Positions 25,958 through 32,000 of a stretch of DNA of 32,000 nt are shown piece by piece. The position numbers and the translations under genes are program-made. Each line of letters begins with the position of its first letter. Position 1 is the stretch's first letter. The notes under the pieces were generated by a model, which saw only the letters and a list, made by a program, of their open reading frames with translations, was not told where the DNA came from and made no database searches. Where the stretch lies: assembly GCF_000018785.1 (NCBI RefSeq), contig NC_010163.1, forward strand, positions 1,320,001 through 1,352,000, given 5' to 3'. This stretch comes from Acholeplasma laidlawii PG-8A (lineage in GTDB: Bacteria; Bacillota_I; Bacilli_A; Acholeplasmatales; Acholeplasmataceae).

Positions 25958-27066
25958 TATTTCTTCCCCCCAAAAGTAATAATTTTTTCTCTATCAAATA
26001 CAAAGTCTGAATCTTTTAACATTTCACTTTTCATCTTTTGATAACCATTACCCTTCATTGAGAAGTTATCCATCGTCTTTGTTTCAGTGTTTAAACCGTT
26101 TAAGACAACAGGGTTGACATCCTCTGGTTCAAAGTATGGATCAAAACCTAAGTTCATCAGTGCTTTATTAGCATTATATCTTACAAATATTTTTACATCA
26201 TGAGATAGTTCTACAGCATCGTAAATAGATTCAACTAACTCATTTTGTTCATGATAAAGTTCTAATAAGAAATCATGTACCCATTGGGTAAGTTGTTCTT
26301 GTAACTCATTAGAAAATGTTTCAAATACTTCTTGAGCAAGGCGTCCTACATATAAACCATGAATAGATTCATCTCTTAAAATAAGGTTGATGATTTCTCC
26401 TGCTTGCATGAGTTTACCTTGTCCATAAAAGAATAGTGGATAATAAAACCCTGAATAGAATAACCATGTTTCTAGGTAAACGGATGCTACCATCGCTTTA
26501 AACTGAGCGATGTTAAAATCCGTTTCACTATATCCTGGGTCATTTGATTCAAATTGCTTTAAGTAGTTATAACGATCTAGTTCTTTATAATAACCAACAA
26601 TTAAACTCATGATGTTTTGTAGATTTGTATGTTTTTCACCCCAATGGAATAATTCATCAATCTTTTGGTTAGACATATAAGTCATAAAGATATTAGAGTA
26701 ACTCTTAGCGTGTACCGCGTTTTCCATTGCACCCATAAAGTTTAATACAGCTTTTCTTTGGTGGAAGTGATCATCAAGAGACCTTGATACCACAGGCATA
26801 CCAATATCACCTTGGTGTGTATCTAAAAATGTTAGTACTAATAAGTTTTTAGCATATGCATCTTGAATGTTTTCCGGTAGTACACTCCAGACGTTTAAGT
26901 CTGGTTGTAGGGAAACGTCTTCAGGACGCCAAAACTGTGAAAGGTTTTGTTCGTAGAAGTGTTGTGTATAATCATCTTCTGGTTCATTCCAATTGGCACC
27001 TTCGTACTTCACGCGTTTAATTGGGTCTAGTTTAATTTTTGATTGTTTAGTTGCTTTTTTATCCAT
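25957..27066 (-). CDS. nrdF: Class Ib ribonucleotide reductase beta subunit (NrdF)
   Basis: LDTHQGDIGMP, GAMENAVHAKSYSNIF, VYLETWLFYSGFYYPLFFYGQG and ILRDESIHGLY. Start placed at 27066 (MDKKATKQSK...) after a CTAAGGGGGAT RBS rather than the track's 27105. Confidence 0.95.
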   Translation of the reverse strand: MDKKATKQSKIKLDPIKRVKYEGANWNEPEDDYTQHFYEQNLSQFWRPEDVSLQPDLNVWSVLPENIQDAYAKNLLVLTFLDTHQGDIGMPVVSRSLDDHFHQRKAVLNFMGAMENAVHAKSYSNIFMTYMSNQKIDELFHWGEKHTNLQNIMSLIVGYYKELDRYNYLKQFESNDPGYSETDFNIAQFKAMVASVYLETWLFYSGFYYPLFFYGQGKLMQAGEIINLILRDESIHGLYVGRLAQEVFETFSNELQEQLTQWVHDFLLELYHEQNELVESIYDAVELSHDVKIFVRYNANKALMNLGFDPYFEPEDVNPVVLNGLNTETKTMDNFSMKGNGYQKMKSEMLKDSDFVFDREKIITFGGKK

Positions 27067-27076
27067 CTTATCCCCC

Positions 27077-29179
27077 TTAGACTGCACAAGATTCACACTC
27101 TTCAATTTTTAATTTTTGAGTACGTGTGTAGTATAGTGTTTTGATACCTTGGTAGTGTGCATATAAGTAATATTTTTGTAGTTCTCTTGTTGTAATATCA
27201 GATGTAATACATAGTTCAAATGAAATACCTTGGTCTACGTGCTTTTGTGCAGTAGCAATCACATCAATTAAACGATATGTATCCATACGGTATGCTGTTT
27301 CATACATAAATGCTGCCTTTTCTACTGCTGGCATAGGGTAGTATGTTTTTGAGTTACCATAAGTTCTTTCTTCTACTAATTGTTTAATTGGTGTAAGTGA
27401 TGGTGTTGCACTCATCACATACCCAATTGAACCATTTGGTGCAACCGCTAAGCGGTGTGAGTTATATAAACCATGTGTCATGACATCTTCTTTAAGTTGT
27501 AGCCAATCATCATCAGTTGGTATATAAACGTTTTTAAATAGTTCCTTGACTTTGTCTGTTTTAGGTAGTATTTGACCACGTCCATCAAAGTAAGAACCAT
27601 CTGCATATTTAGACTTTTCAAAACGGTGGAACTTTTCACCAGTTTCTTTAGCTTTTTCCATAGAGTGTACTAAAGAATAATAGTTTACAATATTAAAGAA
27701 TACATCGATTAAATCAATATTCTCATCACTACCATACATAATATAGTTTTCAGCAATATAGCCGTGATGACCCATAATACCAAATCCAACAGATCTATTT
27801 AATCTGTTAGCTTTAGCAACAGCTGGTACGTGTTTGATATCTGTTTGATTTGAAACAGAGTTCATCACGTCCATTGCACCAAATACAGTTTCTTTAATGG
27901 TATTGTGTTTCATCATGTTACCCATATGACCACTTGCTAGGTTACACGAAATATCCATACCTATTTCATCGTTATTTGCACCATAATCACCATAGTGTGA
28001 AGTAATCGTTGGTTGCAAGATTTCTGTACATAGGTTTGAGAACTTCACAGGCATATCTAGTGGATTTGCCTTGTTAACGTTATCTGAAAACATAATATAA
28101 GGGTAACCCGACTCACCTTGTAGTTGAGCAATCATATCTAATATTTTTCTAGGGTTAACTTTACGTTTTCTAACCAATGGATTATCTGCTAAAATATCAT
28201 ACCAGTGATCCATATCAATAGAGATATCAGCAAAGTCTTTACCGTATTGTTCAAATACGGTATGTGGGTAGAATAACCACATATCTTTGTTATCTCTTGC
28301 TAGTTCCATAAATTTATCAGGAATAACGACACCCATTGATAATGTCTTAGCACGAATATCATCATCTGCATTTAATTTCTTAGTTGCTAAGAAATCTTCA
28401 ATGTCAGCATGAAATACGTTTAAGTACACTGCACCAGCACCAGTTCTTTGGCCCATTTGGTCCGCGTATCTAAAGTTGTTATCTAGTAGTTTTACAACCC
28501 CTACAACACCTTTAGAAACGTTAGGAATACCTTTAATAGCTTCACCTTTAGCGCGTAGGTTTGTCAGGTTAATACTTACACCACCACCGACTTTAGATAA
28601 CTGCATACTAAACTCAGATATTCTTGAAATATCATTTAAAGAGTCCCCTGCTTCAAGTAAGAAACAAGATACAAACTCACCGCGTTTAGATTTACCAGTA
28701 TTAAGTAGTGTTGGTGTTGCTGGTGTAAAGTCTTGACTAATTAATAATCTAATTAAGTTTCTTGCTTTATCAAAATCACCATTCGCGTGATATAGTGCAT
28801 TCACTGCTAATCTATCTTCATAACGTTCTAGATAGTTTTTACCCGTACGATCTTTTAAGGCATAGTCATTATAGAACTTAAATGCACCCATATAGGTAGG
28901 GAATCTAAATTTAGCTGCATATGCGATGTCATAGATAGTTTGAATTTGTTCCATCGTATATTTTGCTAAAAACTCTTTTTCATAATAGTCATTTTCGACT
29001 AAGAACTCTAACTTTTCTTCTAATGAGTGAAAAAACTGGGTACGTTTATTCACCTCATTTAGAAAGTAGCTTTTAGCAGCTGCCTTATCTTTACTGATAT
29101 CTTTAATCTCACCATTTTCATCGGTGATTTGATTATTTAATACAACCCACTCAGGGATTACATCTCTTTTTTGATCCAT
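27077..29179 (-). CDS. nrdE: Class Ib ribonucleotide reductase alpha subunit (NrdE)
   Basis: SKVGGGVSINLTNLRAKG, NLCSEI-like NLCTEIL region, NGSIGYVMSATPSLTPI and C-terminal CESC. Confidence 0.96.
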   Translation of the reverse strand: MDQKRDVIPEWVVLNNQITDENGEIKDISKDKAAAKSYFLNEVNKRTQFFHSLEEKLEFLVENDYYEKEFLAKYTMEQIQTIYDIAYAAKFRFPTYMGAFKFYNDYALKDRTGKNYLERYEDRLAVNALYHANGDFDKARNLIRLLISQDFTPATPTLLNTGKSKRGEFVSCFLLEAGDSLNDISRISEFSMQLSKVGGGVSINLTNLRAKGEAIKGIPNVSKGVVGVVKLLDNNFRYADQMGQRTGAGAVYLNVFHADIEDFLATKKLNADDDIRAKTLSMGVVIPDKFMELARDNKDMWLFYPHTVFEQYGKDFADISIDMDHWYDILADNPLVRKRKVNPRKILDMIAQLQGESGYPYIMFSDNVNKANPLDMPVKFSNLCTEILQPTITSHYGDYGANNDEIGMDISCNLASGHMGNMMKHNTIKETVFGAMDVMNSVSNQTDIKHVPAVAKANRLNRSVGFGIMGHHGYIAENYIMYGSDENIDLIDVFFNIVNYYSLVHSMEKAKETGEKFHRFEKSKYADGSYFDGRGQILPKTDKVKELFKNVYIPTDDDWLQLKEDVMTHGLYNSHRLAVAPNGSIGYVMSATPSLTPIKQLVEERTYGNSKTYYPMPAVEKAAFMYETAYRMDTYRLIDVIATAQKHVDQGISFELCITSDITTRELQKYYLYAHYQGIKTLYYTRTQKLKIEECESCAV

Positions 29180-29560
29180 TCACTTACTCCTTTTTCCTTC
29201 TTGTTGTCTTAGTAGCCAGTTTTTAACTGTCTCTTTATCTGATTTAAATCCAGAACCTTCAAATTTTAATATAAGTGGAATTTTATACTGAGCCTCGATC
29301 TTATCTCCAGCTTTCCCATAGTTTTCACCCCAGTTTTTATTACCTGAGACGGCAACCCCAACTACATGATCTTTATAAGAATCTAAAAAGTTTTTTGTAG
29401 TTTCAGGAATTTGACCAAAATTAATACTTCTGGTCACCAAAAATAAATTATCTTTTGGCTCACCTTCATAAAGTTTTATATGAATGGCATCAAAGCCAAG
29501 ACTAGTGGCAAACCTTTTTGTTTGCCCTGTTAGACTATCAAATATGATGGTCATTAGCAA
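29180..29560 (-). CDS. nrdI: Flavodoxin-like ribonucleotide reductase assembly protein NrdI
   Basis: IIFDSLTGQTKRFA, VGVAVSGNKNWGENYGKAGDKI, and position between nrdG and nrdE. Confidence 0.93.
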   Translation of the reverse strand: MLMTIIFDSLTGQTKRFATSLGFDAIHIKLYEGEPKDNLFLVTRSINFGQIPETTKNFLDSYKDHVVGVAVSGNKNWGENYGKAGDKIEAQYKIPLILKFEGSGFKSDKETVKNWLLRQQEGKRSK

Positions 29561-29570
29561 TCCTCCTGTC

Positions 29571-30089
29571 TTATGAATCAGGAATAATTACAAGCTCCTG
29601 AGTCAGATTTGTTTTCTTTAAATCTATAATGCGTTGATTTGAACTACCACGCCACAATAGATTTAAATTTTTGAGTTGCTGTATAAACGGACCATCAATT
29701 AAAATATCTGCCTCTTTTAGAATTTCATGAATGAATGGACAATCCTTCTTCTTTAGTGTCTCATAGGTGTTACCACTATAGATATTGACATCTAAACCAT
29801 CTTCATGTGCCATTTTGATTAATTCTAATACAGGCTCTGGTTGTAAGAAGGGCTCTCCACCACTAATGGTTATGCCATGTAGTAGTGGATTTCTCTTCCA
29901 TTTTTTCCTAATCTCAGTGAGCTCAATGAGTTTACCTTCATCAAGTGCATGTGTTGATGGATTATGGCAACCAGGACATCTTAAATTGCAGCCTTGGGTA
30001 AATACAACAAATCTTAAACCAAATCCATCCACAATAGAATCACTAATGAAGTCATTTACGCGTAACTTAAGAGTGGAAGTGTTTGACAC
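29571..30089 (-). CDS. nrdG: Anaerobic ribonucleotide reductase activating enzyme (radical SAM)
   Basis: VVFTQGCNLRCPGCHNPSTH (CxxxCxxC-type), ISGGEPFLQ. Confidence 0.95.
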   Translation of the reverse strand: MSNTSTLKLRVNDFISDSIVDGFGLRFVVFTQGCNLRCPGCHNPSTHALDEGKLIELTEIRKKWKRNPLLHGITISGGEPFLQPEPVLELIKMAHEDGLDVNIYSGNTYETLKKKDCPFIHEILKEADILIDGPFIQQLKNLNLLWRGSSNQRIIDLKKTNLTQELVIIPDS

Positions 30090-32000
30090 GTTCTTCTACT
30101 TCCTTTTTCTTAGCGTTATTAAAGCGGTCTAATGTACCCACTAAATAACCTGTAATTCTTCTGATTCTATCAAATGGTGCATCTGGTGTTTCTTTTCGTC
30201 CACATTTCGGACATTCTTCATTAATAATACCAACGTATTTACATACGGGATCAAAATCTACTGGGTGGTTAATCGAACCATATCCAATACCTTTTTTAGC
30301 CATATATTTAATAATGGCTTCAAAAGCTGGAATGTTTTTAGCAGGATCTCCATCAAGTTCAATATAAGATATATGTCCACCATTTGTAAGTGCATGATAT
30401 GGTGCTTCAATATCTATCTTATGGAAAGCCTCAGTTGGATAATATACGGGTATATGGAATGAGTTGGTATAAAACTCATGATCAGTAATACCTTCTAAGA
30501 TACCAAAGCGCTTCTTATCCATTTGTACAAAGCGTCCGGATAATCCTTCAGCTGGAGTTGCGATTAAAGAGAAGTTTAATTTATATTGACGCGCTTTGGC
30601 ATCAATTCTATCTCTCATGTGTCCTATGATTTTTAAACCTAAGGCTTGTGATTTAGCATCTTCTCCGTGGTGTTTACCCGTTAATGCTTTTAAAGTTTCT
30701 GCAAGTCCAATAAATCCAATAGCTAACGAGCCATGTTTAATCACTTCTTCGATGGTATCATTGCGTCCTAATTTATCAGAATCTATCCATACTCCTTGTC
30801 CCATTAAGAATGGGAAGTTATATACATAAAGTTTCTTTTGGATATCAAAACGTTCTAAGAGTTGCTCAGTGACTAAATCAATAGTTTCATCTAATTGATT
30901 AAAAAACTGTGCCTCTGATTTAGAAGTTAGCGCTAGTCTAGGTAAGTTAATCGATGTAAAACTTAAATTACCACGCCCAGTTACAATTTCTTTGTTAGAA
31001 TCATGTATATTTGACATGACACGTGTACGACATCCCATATAAGCTATTTCTGTATCTGGATTACCTTCTTTATAAAATGCTTTATTAAAAGGTGCATCCA
31101 AGAACGAGAAGTTAGGGAATAATCTTTTAGCAGATGTTGCCATTGCTTTTTGGAATAAGTCGTAGTTAGGATCTCCTTGATTTAAGTTAACACCTTCTTT
31201 TAACTTAAATATTTGAATAGGAAATATTGGTGTTTCACCACTACCTAGTCCTCTAGTAGTTGCATCTAAGATAGATGAAACGACTAATCTACCTTCATGA
31301 GATGTATCTGTTCCATAGTTAATGGATGAGAATGGTACTTGAGCACCTGCACGTGAGTGCATGGTGTTTAAGTTATGTACTAAACTCTCCATTGCTTGTT
31401 CAGTATCTCTTGTTGTTTCTTTTAAAGCCTCTTTAGTCGTAAATAAAACGACTTTATGAGCGATATCATTATTACCTAGTACTTCGAGTAAATGCGGGTT
31501 AATTTCATCATTTAGAAGTCTTGGTTCAATACCTGTCTTACTTAAAATATCATTTAGAATGGTTTTAGCATCTAAATCAATTTGGAAGATATCAAGTGCT
31601 TTAGCTAGGTTGTTTCTAAAGTGTCTAACATAAGTCTTTTTAACACCGGTTGCCATATCATAATCAAATTTAGGTACAGATTGTCCACCGTGTTGATCAT
31701 TTTGATTTGACTGAATCGCAATACACGCAAGTGCTGCATATGTTTTGATATCTTGTGGTTCTCTTAAACTACCATGCCCAGTTTGGAATCCGTTTGTAAA
31801 TAGTTTAGTTAGGTCAATTTGACAACAAGTAAGTGTTAAGGTTAAGAAGTCTAAGTCATGGATATGAATAATACCTTCATCATGTGCTCTAGAGTGTCTA
31901 GGGTTTAAAACAAACATTCTGTTAAACTCTTTTGCACCTTCACTACCATACTTTAACATCGCACCCATTGGGGTGTCTCCGTTGACGTTTGCATTTTCTC
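30067..32000 (-). CDS. nrdD: Anaerobic ribonucleoside-triphosphate reductase (NrdD), 5' end beyond window
   Basis: ...ENANVNGDTPMGAMLKYGSEGAKEFNR..., ECPKCGR zinc motif, C-terminal RITGYLVGTLDRFNNAKKKEV glycyl-radical region. The reading frame stays open upstream of the track's 31968 start to the window edge. Confidence 0.96.
   Translation of the reverse strand, partial: ENANVNGDTPMGAMLKYGSEGAKEFNRMFVLNPRHSRAHDEGIIHIHDLDFLTLTLTCCQIDLTKLFTNGFQTGHGSLREPQDIKTYAALACIAIQSNQNDQHGGQSVPKFDYDMATGVKKTYVRHFRNNLAKALDIFQIDLDAKTILNDILSKTGIEPRLLNDEINPHLLEVLGNNDIAHKVVLFTTKEALKETTRDTEQAMESLVHNLNTMHSRAGAQVPFSSINYGTDTSHEGRLVVSSILDATTRGLGSGETPIFPIQIFKLKEGVNLNQGDPNYDLFQKAMATSAKRLFPNFSFLDAPFNKAFYKEGNPDTEIAYMGCRTRVMSNIHDSNKEIVTGRGNLSFTSINLPRLALTSKSEAQFFNQLDETIDLVTEQLLERFDIQKKLYVYNFPFLMGQGVWIDSDKLGRNDTIEEVIKHGSLAIGFIGLAETLKALTGKHHGEDAKSQALGLKIIGHMRDRIDAKARQYKLNFSLIATPAEGLSGRFVQMDKKRFGILEGITDHEFYTNSFHIPVYYPTEAFHKIDIEAPYHALTNGGHISYIELDGDPAKNIPAFEAIIKYMAKKGIGYGSINHPVDFDPVCKYVGIINEECPKCGRKETPDAPFDRIRRITGYLVGTLDRFNNAKKKEVEERVKHFHS

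Noticed and set aside
25957-27066. NrdF might be a metal-free class Ie enzyme, as in some mollicutes and streptococci.
   Set aside because: The carboxylate/histidine positions appear intact (LDTHQGD, MENAVHAKSYS, VYLETWLF, LRDESIHG) and resemble canonical class Ib NrdF, not VPK/QSK variants.
27067-27105. Upstream start for nrdF (MKSVNLVQSKGDK).
   Set aside because: It would overlap the nrdE 3' end. A strong RBS (CTAAGGGGGAT) precedes the ATG at 27066.
29785-30132. 115-aa + strand ORF over nrdG/nrdD.
   Set aside because: Antisense shadow of nrdG, which has intact radical-SAM motifs.

Overview
This is a low-GC window that looks like an Acholeplasma-type mollicute or a related Firmicute; the taxon is inference. 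The standard genetic code with UGA stops fits the overlapping stop/start junctions. Coordinates ~1-13310 look like an accessory/defence block, read entirely from the minus strand. It contains a UmuC/DinB-like Y-family polymerase coupled to a YolD-like gene at the window edge, two small HEPN-like proteins, an unannotated ~54-codon ORF and a membrane-anchored InlB-repeat protein. It also contains a complete type I R-M locus (hsdM-hsdS-TM protein-hsdR) and a two-gene unit of an HsdM/HsdS-like fusion plus a 173-aa unknown. The fusion protein's N6A-MTase motif IV is degenerate (NPPF->YPPL), and its promoter carries two identical-arm palindromic boxes exactly 40 bp apart. A tRNA-Leu/Gln/His array borders the block. 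The rest is more ordinary: a membrane protein, an XRE-type regulator, tRNA-Trp, mgtA, a GH18 lipoprotein, potABCD, a DUF1801-like gene, and a compact nrdD-G-I-E-F-H cluster. The two best leads are (a) the degenerate HsdM-S fusion, its partner and dual operator, and (b) a 27-aa leader peptide with mutually exclusive antiterminator/terminator pairing just upstream of mgtA.
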